62,768 nt of DNA from a virus (taxonomy: Duplodnaviria; Caudoviricetes): IMG/VR virus record IMGVR_UViG_3300027852_000042, positions 1-62,768 of that record; one strand, given 5' to 3'. The position numbers and the translations under genes are program-made. Below the pieces are notes generated by a model. It saw only the letters and a list, made by a program, of their open reading frames with translations. It was not told where the DNA came from and ran no database searches. This document shows, piece after piece, positions 1 to 8,738 of the stretch. Every line of letters starts with the position of its first letter. Position 1 is the first letter of the stretch.

Positions 1-1
1 C

Positions 2-127
2 CCAGCCATATTTTTAAGAGATACCCAGATTGAAGACATTAAGGAAAGAACGGATAGACTCCAGTACGATAGTTCTGATTATGTTAGAAGTGTTCAAGTC
101 TATCCTACCGGTGTTGTAGTTGCTGGT
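2..127. repeat. Terminal overlap, copy 1 (circular assembly overlap)
   Basis: 2..127 is identical to 62643..62768 (126 bp); base 1 (c) differs from 62642 (a). Confidence 0.95.
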
Positions 128-340
128 GGTGGGAATACTAAAACTCAGTTTAAAACTGATCTCACTGAGACGGAAACAGATGCGTGGCGTGGGTCTATGT
201 TACAATTTACAAGTGGTACAAATAATAAAGAGGTTCGCAAGATAGATGTCTATAATGGGTCAACCAACGTATTAAGGTTGACAATACCATTTTCTAGTAT
301 ACCATCACCAGGAGACAACTTTAAACTTATCAATGAATAG
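2..340 (+). CDS. 3' end of the repeat-containing virion protein that starts at 61407 and crosses the join
   Basis: Open frame PAIFLRDTQIED...GDNFKLINE* continues in frame from 61407 and holds a fourth, diverged ~100-aa repeat. Confidence 0.85.
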   Translation, partial: PAIFLRDTQIEDIKERTDRLQYDSSDYVRSVQVYPTGVVVAGGGNTKTQFKTDLTETETDAWRGSMLQFTSGTNNKEVRKIDVYNGSTNVLRLTIPFSSIPSPGDNFKLINE

Positions 341-349
341 GGGTTTATT

Positions 350-850
350 ATGGCTGTTGATTCAGCACAAATAATTTTTTACTTAACTCCGTCTGGCAAC
401 AGTGATCCGTTATTGTCGTTGGGTGGGGCCGGTCAGGGGAGCGTAATAAGTGAGGATATCCACGAACTCTTTGATATTGTTCAACCAGAGGAGGCTGTTG
501 CCGGTGATGTTGAATACAGAGCTATCGATATAAAAAATACTCATCCTACTGAAACGGTATATTCTCCATATGTGTGGATTGATACGGAAACGGTTTCCAC
601 CGATACTGTAATTGACCTGGCTTATGACTCTGCCGGAGTACAATCTGTTCCAGACGAATCAACGGCACCCTCTAGCCCCACTTTAACTTTTACCCACCCA
701 ACAGGCAAGGCCGGTGGAATCTCTCTTGGTGATATGGTAGCGGGCTCTACAAGAAGGATTTGGCTTAGGAGAACAATTACCGCATTGGCTACGAAAATGG
801 CAGAAGATTATGGGCAATTAATCCTTGGTGGCGCGACATATGATGTCTAA
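350..850 (+). CDS. Putative virion structural protein
   Basis: 166 aa, acidic and beta-rich (LFD..PEEA.AGDVEYR, IWLRR motifs seen in phage structural proteins); in the structural operon. Confidence 0.6.
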   Translation: MAVDSAQIIFYLTPSGNSDPLLSLGGAGQGSVISEDIHELFDIVQPEEAVAGDVEYRAIDIKNTHPTETVYSPYVWIDTETVSTDTVIDLAYDSAGVQSVPDESTAPSSPTLTFTHPTGKAGGISLGDMVAGSTRRIWLRRTITALATKMAEDYGQLILGGATYDV

Positions 851-1209
851 TGAGCTTAATACTTCTTTCCTCAGAAAAAGACGTAGAAAATACTAAGCGG
901 TATTCCTGGTCCATTACGGAAGCTGTTACGTCTACCATTCGTTACTCTTGGATAATCACTGAAGCAGTTGAATCAACCTTAAGATATTCTTGGGCGATTT
1001 GGAATTTTGTCGAATCAGCTTTAGGGTATTCCTGGGCAATTATGTATTCGGTAGAATCAACCCTGGAATACTCGTGGAATATTTTAGGGTCTTTGAGTGG
1101 TAAGGTAATACATTCTTTTTCTGCATTACGTAAGAATATATTTCATTCTAGTGGACAGTCCCCTGTCAAGGGAGATGTTAAGCGGTCTCGTTTTTGGAAC
1201 ACCAAGTAA
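850..1209 (+). CDS. Protein with five 14-aa YSW repeats, putative fibre-associated
   Basis: YSWxI...VES(T/A)L repeated five times; TAATG-coupled to the upstream gene. Confidence 0.65.
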   Translation: MSLILLSSEKDVENTKRYSWSITEAVTSTIRYSWIITEAVESTLRYSWAIWNFVESALGYSWAIMYSVESTLEYSWNILGSLSGKVIHSFSALRKNIFHSSGQSPVKGDVKRSRFWNTK

Positions 1210-1224
1210 TAGGCGTGGTAAAAA

Positions 1225-1812
1225 ATGAATAAAATAACTAAGCATCCAGAGGAAGCACTTCCTGTCTATATAAATTTCTTCAATGAGTTGGTAGTTGATG
1301 AAACCGTTTCTAGTGTCGGTATTTTGTGTGTGAGTATCGATAGTGGGGCAGACGGTTTGTCTGAGATTGTTCAGAGCAGTACACTTACAACCCCAGAGTT
1401 GAAGCTTGTGTTGCAGGCCGGTGTTAATGGGGGTCAATATAAGATTACAGTCAGGGCGACAACAAGTTTGAGTAATGTTTTTGAATTTGACTTACTGTTA
1501 ACTGTATCTAACCATCCTATAGATAGGTTCTACAAACAACCGGTAGATACTTTTCTTATTAAGTTTGACTTTGAGAAACAAATTGAACCCGGGGATTCTA
1601 TCAATACTCACGAAGTAATAATTACAGATAAGAGGGGTGTCGATGTAACGGATGACAATTCGTATGGTAGTGAGATTGATGGTGATTATGCCGTTCTAGT
1701 AGGTGTTCAAAGTGGAATAACAAACGATATTTTTGTGGTGGCAGGAAAGGTTGTAACGGTAAATGGATATACCTATATGCTTAGAGTTTTAATGGAGATA
1801 GTAGATAAGTAA
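1225..1812 (+). CDS. Putative fibre-tail adaptor-like protein with two tandem domains
   Basis: Two similar halves (KHPEEALPVYINF / KQPVDTFLIKFDF; G..G..Y.I.V..TTS). Confidence 0.55.
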   Translation: MNKITKHPEEALPVYINFFNELVVDETVSSVGILCVSIDSGADGLSEIVQSSTLTTPELKLVLQAGVNGGQYKITVRATTSLSNVFEFDLLLTVSNHPIDRFYKQPVDTFLIKFDFEKQIEPGDSINTHEVIITDKRGVDVTDDNSYGSEIDGDYAVLVGVQSGITNDIFVVAGKVVTVNGYTYMLRVLMEIVDK

Positions 1813-3032
1813 TGGCTGAATCTGTTTTTGTGGGATATGGAGAGTTAGATCCAACATCGGGTGGGGGTCATAATTCCACTAGAACTAGCGATGGCCGAAT
1901 ACATGTCGTATATCATTCTGCACTCAGTCTTCGTTATCAATATTCTGATGATAACGGTCTAACTTGGTCAACCCCACTTACTTTAGCCACTAACACTCAG
2001 TATCCTCCCCTGTGCCAAATTATTTGCGATGAAGAGGATAACTTGTATGTTGTGGCGAATAATACTCCAGAGAACAACGATATTGGATTTTTCAAATATA
2101 ATGCTTCAACTCAGTCTTGGGAAACTATTAAGTGGTTAAGCTACCCAGGCCAATATTTTTCTCCACCTGTATCGATAGCAATTGCCCCAGATGGTGTAAT
2201 TTATGTGGTGGCAATGTGTGCACATGTTGCGATGCAGCAAGGATGCGCTGTAATTTATAGTGATGATAGGGGTGAAACTTGGAACGCTGCCGGGATAATA
2301 AGTTTAACACATTTTACATCGGCAGCAATTGCTGTGGGAACAAATGGAACTATACATATTCCATATGTTAACAGGGTTGCGGATCCTTGGTATACATACG
2401 AACTGGGGTACCTTAGTGGAACTCCGTTTAGTTGGGGAATAGAGATAGTAGACGCTGCAATAGCACCCATTAGAACGTACTATTACAACCCAAGAGTTAT
2501 TTTAGACATTAATGGTGATTGCCACATTCAATACCTTAGAAATTATAGGGATAATCCTGGTGGTGTTCAATATCGACACGCAAAAAAAGTAGTAACCTCT
2601 TGGGTAAAAACAGATATTTATGAGGGAACTATACAGGGTATATCGTATTATACGGCTTCAGGGTTTAGTCACACAAGAGAAGGTTTAATTTTAGCATCTA
2701 TACAGAAGGGGTTTCCTGATGGTGGGTTGTATATTTTTACAAGTGATGATGGTGGTGATACTTGGGTTGAGACTCAGGAGATAGAAAACCCCGGCGGTGT
2801 GTATCCTGGTTATAGATCTGACTTACTTTGGCAAAATTATCCAAGTAACTGTGAACCCTTGTCTGGGTTTGGATGTCTGATGGAGACGAACGCTGGTATT
2901 TATTGGAATACGGGTTGGACATGGCCCGGTCTTATGGGGCTCAAATATACCTTCACTCCAGAAACAAGGAAAAATAATTTTCTATCGAAGAACTTAAGTG
3001 TTAAGACTTTTGAGAATAGTATTGAGGTATAG
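1812..3032 (+). CDS. BNR/Asp-box beta-propeller (sialidase-fold) protein, putative receptor-binding
   Basis: Asp-boxes YSDDNGLTW, YSDDRGETW and TSDDGGDTW. Confidence 0.75.
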   Translation: MAESVFVGYGELDPTSGGGHNSTRTSDGRIHVVYHSALSLRYQYSDDNGLTWSTPLTLATNTQYPPLCQIICDEEDNLYVVANNTPENNDIGFFKYNASTQSWETIKWLSYPGQYFSPPVSIAIAPDGVIYVVAMCAHVAMQQGCAVIYSDDRGETWNAAGIISLTHFTSAAIAVGTNGTIHIPYVNRVADPWYTYELGYLSGTPFSWGIEIVDAAIAPIRTYYYNPRVILDINGDCHIQYLRNYRDNPGGVQYRHAKKVVTSWVKTDIYEGTIQGISYYTASGFSHTREGLILASIQKGFPDGGLYIFTSDDGGDTWVETQEIENPGGVYPGYRSDLLWQNYPSNCEPLSGFGCLMETNAGIYWNTGWTWPGLMGLKYTFTPETRKNNFLSKNLSVKTFENSIEV

Positions 3033-3035
3033 AAA

Positions 3036-4577
3036 GTGCCAATACCATATGAAATAAGACAATCAGTGATAAACAACGGCATAGTAATGAACGCTCCGAC
3101 AACGGATGTTGTGTGGAGTATTGGTCGGAATGTAGTATTTAGGTCTGGAACTGTCTCGAAAACACTAGGTAAGACGTTAATTACGACAACGCCAGACAGT
3201 AGGCCGGTTAGGGAACTGTTTACCTTTAGGGGGTTAGATAATATAGTCAGGACGGTCTGTTGCTGTGATTCTAGGTTATATCGATACATAGACGACTTTA
3301 CTGGAGTTGAAGATATTACCGGAGCCAACCCGCCTTCTGGAAATGAGAATTCTATTTGGAATTTTGCATTGGTTGCCGGTATACCGGTGCTATCTAATGG
3401 TGTTGATAAGCCATGGAAGTGGGACTACCGTGATCACATTAATGATGCTGAACAATTAAGTAATCTTCCCGTTGCCAATGCGATAACTACGGCATTAAAT
3501 AGGTTGATGCTTGGAGGTGTAACGAACTTTCCAAGTAGGGTTGCTTGGAGTTCAATAGGGGACCCTTCAAGTATAGAAATAACGCCAGAAACAACTGCCG
3601 GTAGGTCAGATATCATTAACCCGAACAATACTGGACACTCAACCATAGAGATAATTAGATCATTTAGTCAATCCGGAGAAAGAAAAAGGGTTTATACTGA
3701 TCATAGCATATGGCATGGAACCCCGGTTGAGTCTATCATTGACTTCAACTGGACATTATCTCCAGATGGAATAGGGTTGATTTCTCCAAAAGCCTTTGTC
3801 CATATAAATGGAATAGATTTTTTCATGGGGTGTGATGATTTTTATACTTACAGTTCGGAGTTAACTTCTATTGGGGAACCAATTAGAAACGCTGTGTTTC
3901 CAAACCTCAATAATGGTCAGGTGGGCAAGTCTTTTGCATATTATAAATCATCTACAAAGGAGATTTGTTTTTGTTTTCCGACAGGCTCTAATACTTATCC
4001 GGATACAATGGCAATCTTTAATCTTATTTTAAACAACTGGTCCTTTGCGGATGTTGATTATTCTGCACATACTTATGGGTGGACCCAGACATCATATGAG
4101 TGGGATGCTATACCTTATGGAAGTTGGGATACAATAGAAGACAGTCAGTGGGATAGGTTTGGAGACACTGGTGTCATCCCATACGAAGTAGTAGGCGACG
4201 AGAATGGTCAAATATTTAAGCTTGACGATGGGTATAACAATAATGGTAATGCCATAGAGGGATACATTGAAAGTGGTGATATCGTTGTGAAGAGGAGTGG
4301 AGCCAAGAAAAATATTACCGTATTACGGGTGGTCCCACACTTTAAGCCACATGAAGTTAAGACACCGGTTATGGTTCAGGTTGGGACTAGGAGAACCCTT
4401 GGCGATGATATAGAGTGGTCTCAACCTCAACCGTTTACCGTTGGTGTAAGTAAAAAGTTGGACTACAGAAAGGCTGGGAGGTATATTAGGTTCAGATTTT
4501 TTACCGACCAAGTGGACTCACCTTGGATATTGTCAGGATTTACATTTTACTTTAAGATAACAGGAGGGTATTATTAA
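3036..4577 (+). CDS. Podovirus tail tubular/nozzle (DNA-stabilisation-like) protein
   Basis: 513 aa; SNGVDKP, RVAWS, EICFCFP...AIFNL..NNWS and C-terminal GRYIRFRF motifs; lies just upstream of the ejection-protein block. Confidence 0.7.
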   Translation: MPIPYEIRQSVINNGIVMNAPTTDVVWSIGRNVVFRSGTVSKTLGKTLITTTPDSRPVRELFTFRGLDNIVRTVCCCDSRLYRYIDDFTGVEDITGANPPSGNENSIWNFALVAGIPVLSNGVDKPWKWDYRDHINDAEQLSNLPVANAITTALNRLMLGGVTNFPSRVAWSSIGDPSSIEITPETTAGRSDIINPNNTGHSTIEIIRSFSQSGERKRVYTDHSIWHGTPVESIIDFNWTLSPDGIGLISPKAFVHINGIDFFMGCDDFYTYSSELTSIGEPIRNAVFPNLNNGQVGKSFAYYKSSTKEICFCFPTGSNTYPDTMAIFNLILNNWSFADVDYSAHTYGWTQTSYEWDAIPYGSWDTIEDSQWDRFGDTGVIPYEVVGDENGQIFKLDDGYNNNGNAIEGYIESGDIVVKRSGAKKNITVLRVVPHFKPHEVKTPVMVQVGTRRTLGDDIEWSQPQPFTVGVSKKLDYRKAGRYIRFRFFTDQVDSPWILSGFTFYFKITGGYY

Positions 4578-4578
4578 A

Positions 4579-5124
4579 ATGGATGACCGTAGAACAAAAC
4601 ATGGGCTACCACCCCAAGAACTCAAGGCAAGTAAAGAAGGAAGAGAAATAATTCTAGGTATTGTTCCATGTTTGAATCATCTTTTCGTTGATAAGGCTTG
4701 GAACTTAATCAAACCACATGTAGAAAATATTGCAAGGCAAACCATGGGGGAGTATACCGCATATAAGGTTTGGGAGTCTATTTTTTATGGCTCCGCTCAT
4801 TTATACCTATGTTATATGGGAGATGAAAATATTGATTCTCAAGCCCTTGTATTGGACAGACTGGTAAACAACCCCAAAGAAAACTGGGTGGGATATTTCC
4901 TAATTAGACCAGATCCTACCTGTGTTCATATTTGGCAAGCACACATTCAGCCTGAATTCCAGGGTCATGATGTAATAGATATGGGGTTGGCATTTTTAGA
5001 GCAAAATGCAAGGAATATTGGAGCCCCAGCTTTATCTTTTTCGGCCTATCAGGATAGATGGAGCAAGGCTGCAAATACAATCGGATTCAAAAAAACGGCT
5101 ACGATCTATAGGAAGGAACTATGA
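4579..5124 (+). CDS. GNAT-fold-like protein between nozzle and pilot genes
   Basis: Pattern HIWQAHI.PEFQGH...LE..AR..GA..L.F; position matches acetyltransferase-like genes in podovirus virion operons. Confidence 0.5.
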   Translation: MDDRRTKHGLPPQELKASKEGREIILGIVPCLNHLFVDKAWNLIKPHVENIARQTMGEYTAYKVWESIFYGSAHLYLCYMGDENIDSQALVLDRLVNNPKENWVGYFLIRPDPTCVHIWQAHIQPEFQGHDVIDMGLAFLEQNARNIGAPALSFSAYQDRWSKAANTIGFKKTATIYRKEL

Positions 5125-5125
5125 G

Positions 5126-6034
5126 ATGGGCGGCAGTGGCGGTGGAAGTTACAATACAATAATAGAAGATCCTCTTCCGGATTATGCTCAATCACACGTT
5201 GAATCTTACTTAACTAGGGCTTTTACGCTTTCCGATGAGGCATATGCTCCCTATGATGGTGATGTTTATGCCGCTCAGAATGTGTATGAAACTGACGGTA
5301 TCACTGCCATAGCTACTAGGGCTACAAGTGGTCATGTAATCATCACTAAAGCTGAAACATATCTTCAGGCTAAGTTTGGTGGTAATCATGTTGGTGTAAA
5401 CGCGAAGTTAGATGATGTTTTTACTGCGGACAAAGAAGAACTTCTTGAGGATTTTAAAGAAAGTTTGGCCGGTATATCCAGACAGTTGAATGCTTCTGGA
5501 AATTTTGGAAGTGGTGCCCACCACGTCTTACAAGCCATAGCTTTAAAGGCGTTCGCGCGTCAACTTGGTCGTATCCCTATAGATGTATATGGCGAAGATC
5601 ATTTTGGTGAACGGAGAAACCAAGTCCATGGACTATCTCATGGTATACCATATGGTCAAGAATCTGCTAAAGATGCTATATTCCAAAGGCAGGCTGGCCT
5701 ATACCAGAGGGAATATACTCAAGGTGAATATGAAGCTAATTATAAAGACTGGAAAGACCAGGAGGTATCCAAGGTTAGAAGGTTGGAAATAATTGGTAAC
5801 GCTATTCGAGCAATGGTTGGAGCCAACATTGTTACAACTGAACCCTTCTATAGACCATCGACATTTCAGGAGATTGCTGGTTTGGCATTGACCGGATTGT
5901 CTTTGTACTCTAAGCTTTATAAGCCAGGGTCTCCCATGGTAGAATCTTCTACGGGTGGAGGTCCTTCTGGCAAGTTTCTTTCGTATCAAAATACTGGTAT
6001 GGCAGACATGGGTATTATGGGAGAGCCACAATGA
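5126..6034 (+). CDS. Putative pilot/ejection protein, paralogue 1
   Basis: Start moved to ATG 5126 after a GGAAGGA RBS (MGGSGGGS N-terminus); paralogous to 6031..6888. Confidence 0.65.
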   Translation: MGGSGGGSYNTIIEDPLPDYAQSHVESYLTRAFTLSDEAYAPYDGDVYAAQNVYETDGITAIATRATSGHVIITKAETYLQAKFGGNHVGVNAKLDDVFTADKEELLEDFKESLAGISRQLNASGNFGSGAHHVLQAIALKAFARQLGRIPIDVYGEDHFGERRNQVHGLSHGIPYGQESAKDAIFQRQAGLYQREYTQGEYEANYKDWKDQEVSKVRRLEIIGNAIRAMVGANIVTTEPFYRPSTFQEIAGLALTGLSLYSKLYKPGSPMVESSTGGGPSGKFLSYQNTGMADMGIMGEPQ

Positions 6035-6888
6035 GCGGAAGTACTGGATCGTCAACAACAACAGTAAAGAGATTGCCTTCGTATGCTGAGGTGTATGTCG
6101 AATCCTATCTTGATAGGTCTTTAGCTTTATCTGAGGAAGAATTTGTACCATATTGGGATGGCGGAGCCTTGACACATGCGGCACTTACAAGTGACGAAAC
6201 CGCTGGGGTTAACAAATTAGCCTTACGTGCTACTTCAGGAAACACTACAATTAATGGCGGTGCGGATCTAATCGAAGAGGTTTTAGATGGTGATTTCCTC
6301 GATGGAAGTGACTCTAAGTTTCAGACCATGATAGCACATGCTCATGATGAATTAATTGCAGCCGTTGACGAGGGTAAGGCCTTGCTTGGCGGCAATATGT
6401 ACTATATTGGAGATTTAATCGGTGAAAATTTAGCTCAAGACCTTTCGGTTAATACCGGGCCAGATGTTTCCGCAAAGATGCAAGCGATCATGTACCTCAT
6501 GAACTACAAAAATTCAAGGGGAATACAAGATGTTGTTTTACCGCACGGCATAAACTATGCCTCTCAACCATACCAAGATGCAGAGTGGTTGCGTGAGGCT
6601 GGTTTGTATTTGAGAGAGTGGGACCAAGATGAAATTGAAGACCAATATAAACGGTGGCAAGAAGTAGAAGCAGCGCAGGTTATAAAGCTTGAGGTGCTTG
6701 GTAATGCTATTCGTAGTATGGTTGGAACTCAGAGAAAAACTACCGAACCATACTACAAGCCAAGTAAGGCTGTTGGTGCCGTGGGTGGTGCCATAACTGG
6801 GGCTGCGATAGGGACTCAGATTAATCCAGGGTGGGGGACCGCGATAGGTGCTGTTGTTGGTGGCGTTGCTGGGCTTGTAGCTCAATAA
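6031..6888 (+). CDS. Putative pilot/ejection protein, paralogue 2, with C-terminal glycine zipper
   Basis: MSGSTGSSTTT N-terminus; C-terminal GAVGGAITGAAIG..PGWGTAIGAVVGGVAG. Confidence 0.7.
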   Translation: MSGSTGSSTTTVKRLPSYAEVYVESYLDRSLALSEEEFVPYWDGGALTHAALTSDETAGVNKLALRATSGNTTINGGADLIEEVLDGDFLDGSDSKFQTMIAHAHDELIAAVDEGKALLGGNMYYIGDLIGENLAQDLSVNTGPDVSAKMQAIMYLMNYKNSRGIQDVVLPHGINYASQPYQDAEWLREAGLYLREWDQDEIEDQYKRWQEVEAAQVIKLEVLGNAIRSMVGTQRKTTEPYYKPSKAVGAVGGAITGAAIGTQINPGWGTAIGAVVGGVAGLVAQ

Positions 6889-6902
6889 TATGGGGGTATG
6901 AA

Positions 6903-8732
6903 ATGGCTAGATATTATTTACCTGAAATCAAAGAAGAATACATAGGTAGTCCCGGGTCGTTTGGAGATAGTCGTATATTGCCAAAAATAAAACCCAAACC
7001 AAAACCAAAGTCTTTATTGGCAACTTCCCCCAGTCTTCGCTATAAAGATCCCACGGTGTATACCGATCCAAGAACAGGTAAACCGCTTCAAAAAGAGGTG
7101 CAGCCAGATGGAAGTACTCGCTTTGTTGAAGTTGACCCAATACCTCTAAGGTCAGATGAGGATTTAATGAACGTATTGTATAAACAAAAGCCAGGTACGT
7201 TTAGGTCACAACCTTCTCGTAGTGGTAGGAAACCCTCATTGCCGGTACGACTTACCGATACTTATCTACCTGATTGGCCTCCAGAAGATACTGCCTTGGA
7301 TGGCGTTGCGCCTTCGCCATATGATGAGGAGTTAAGAACTGTTAGGTCGAGACCCACCGACATTTCAGGTCTCGATGATATAGACCTGAGTAGCCTACGA
7401 AGACCTTCTCGGGAAACTAGAGAGACGCAACCAGAAAAGCCTAAAACACTTTTAGATAGATTAAAACTTGATATCTCCAAGGATGAAAGCAGGGCTCTAA
7501 CAGACGCTTTGTTATCAACAGGGTTAAGTCTGATGGCACAGGCCGGTCCATCTAAGTATCCTCAATCGTTTCTTAGTCAAGTAGGTAGGGCTGGATTAAA
7601 GGGGTTTGAACAATATCAAGTTACGGAAGAAGCTATTCGTAAGAATAAACTGGCAGAGGCGGCGGAAGCAAGAGCAGGATATGAATCTGAATTGGATTTA
7701 CTTAAAGAAGCAAGGGCTCAAGGTAAATATCCATACGAAATACAGAAACTAGAGAAAGAAGCAGAGAAGGCTGGTGTAGATATTGCTAAAGTTAAGGGTG
7801 ATCGATACGAAAAAAAGGGCGACTCAATATACTACACACACTATGATGACAAAACGGGTAGTTTTGTTTCAACAAAACAGGGTCCTGCCGATTCAAGTAA
7901 GGAAAGCATTGACAGGATAAAGAAATACGAAGCATGGGATAAGCATGTACAGGCAAACTTTAATAATAAAATAAAGGCATTGGGTGTTGAGGGGATGGCA
8001 ACCGAATTTTTCAGTAGGGTAATGGAAAATGTAAAGGCTGGAAGAACACCAAAGGAAATGAGGGATACGCTACATGCGTTGGTCGGGAGCGGTCGCGTTT
8101 CTGTTGATCCAGTAAAAGTCAAAGAACTGTACACAGCGTTAGACACAGTTCACGACATGGTAACTGAAGGTAAGGTAGCTATTGGAAAGAATGAGGATCC
8201 ATGGCAAACAGTCGAAGGGTTTGGACCTAAGTACAAAAAGGCCTTCCATACGAGAAATGTTAAGGATCAAAAGAAAATGTTTAAAGGATTAGAACTTTTA
8301 TTCGAAGATAAACCCAAGGCGTTAAAGGCTTTAGAACCATTAAAGGGCGGTGAATTGTGGACTACAGAGCAAATTGAAGGCGCAATGGATCTAACAGAAA
8401 AAGAACCCGGTGAAAAAGTGGATTGGGTTAAATATGTTTTAGCTAACAGGCTTTTGGGTAAAACTGCTGAAGAGTTTTATGCCAGTAAACATGTAACCCC
8501 AAAGGAAAGACGTAAGGCGTTGGCTAGAGAGTACTTTAGAAGGGGTGAATTATTGGACGAACGCCTAGGCTTGGCTCTTTTGCGTATAGATGAACCCAAC
8601 CTAGAAAAGTTTATGATAAGTCTTAAAAACTTCTTTGGAGTACAATTTGAAGAGAGATATCCAGGGCTTCCCCAAAGACACCCATTCATATTTGATTTTT
8701 CCGGAAAGAGGAAGGGTCCATTCCCTCGATAG
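6903..8732 (+). CDS. Putative internal virion/ejection protein
   Basis: Likely start ATG 6903; LLSTGLSLMAQAGPS..SFLSQVGRAGL.G motif followed by coiled coil; between the pilot genes and the giant gene. Confidence 0.6.
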   Translation: MARYYLPEIKEEYIGSPGSFGDSRILPKIKPKPKPKSLLATSPSLRYKDPTVYTDPRTGKPLQKEVQPDGSTRFVEVDPIPLRSDEDLMNVLYKQKPGTFRSQPSRSGRKPSLPVRLTDTYLPDWPPEDTALDGVAPSPYDEELRTVRSRPTDISGLDDIDLSSLRRPSRETRETQPEKPKTLLDRLKLDISKDESRALTDALLSTGLSLMAQAGPSKYPQSFLSQVGRAGLKGFEQYQVTEEAIRKNKLAEAAEARAGYESELDLLKEARAQGKYPYEIQKLEKEAEKAGVDIAKVKGDRYEKKGDSIYYTHYDDKTGSFVSTKQGPADSSKESIDRIKKYEAWDKHVQANFNNKIKALGVEGMATEFFSRVMENVKAGRTPKEMRDTLHALVGSGRVSVDPVKVKELYTALDTVHDMVTEGKVAIGKNEDPWQTVEGFGPKYKKAFHTRNVKDQKKMFKGLELLFEDKPKALKALEPLKGGELWTTEQIEGAMDLTEKEPGEKVDWVKYVLANRLLGKTAEEFYASKHVTPKERRKALAREYFRRGELLDERLGLALLRIDEPNLEKFMISLKNFFGVQFEERYPGLPQRHPFIFDFSGKRKGPFPR

Positions 8733-8738
8733 GAGTTA

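Noticed and set aside
2-127. Biological direct terminal repeat
   Set aside because: The length is close to a common assembler k-mer (127) and it falls mid-gene, so it is more likely a circular assembly overlap
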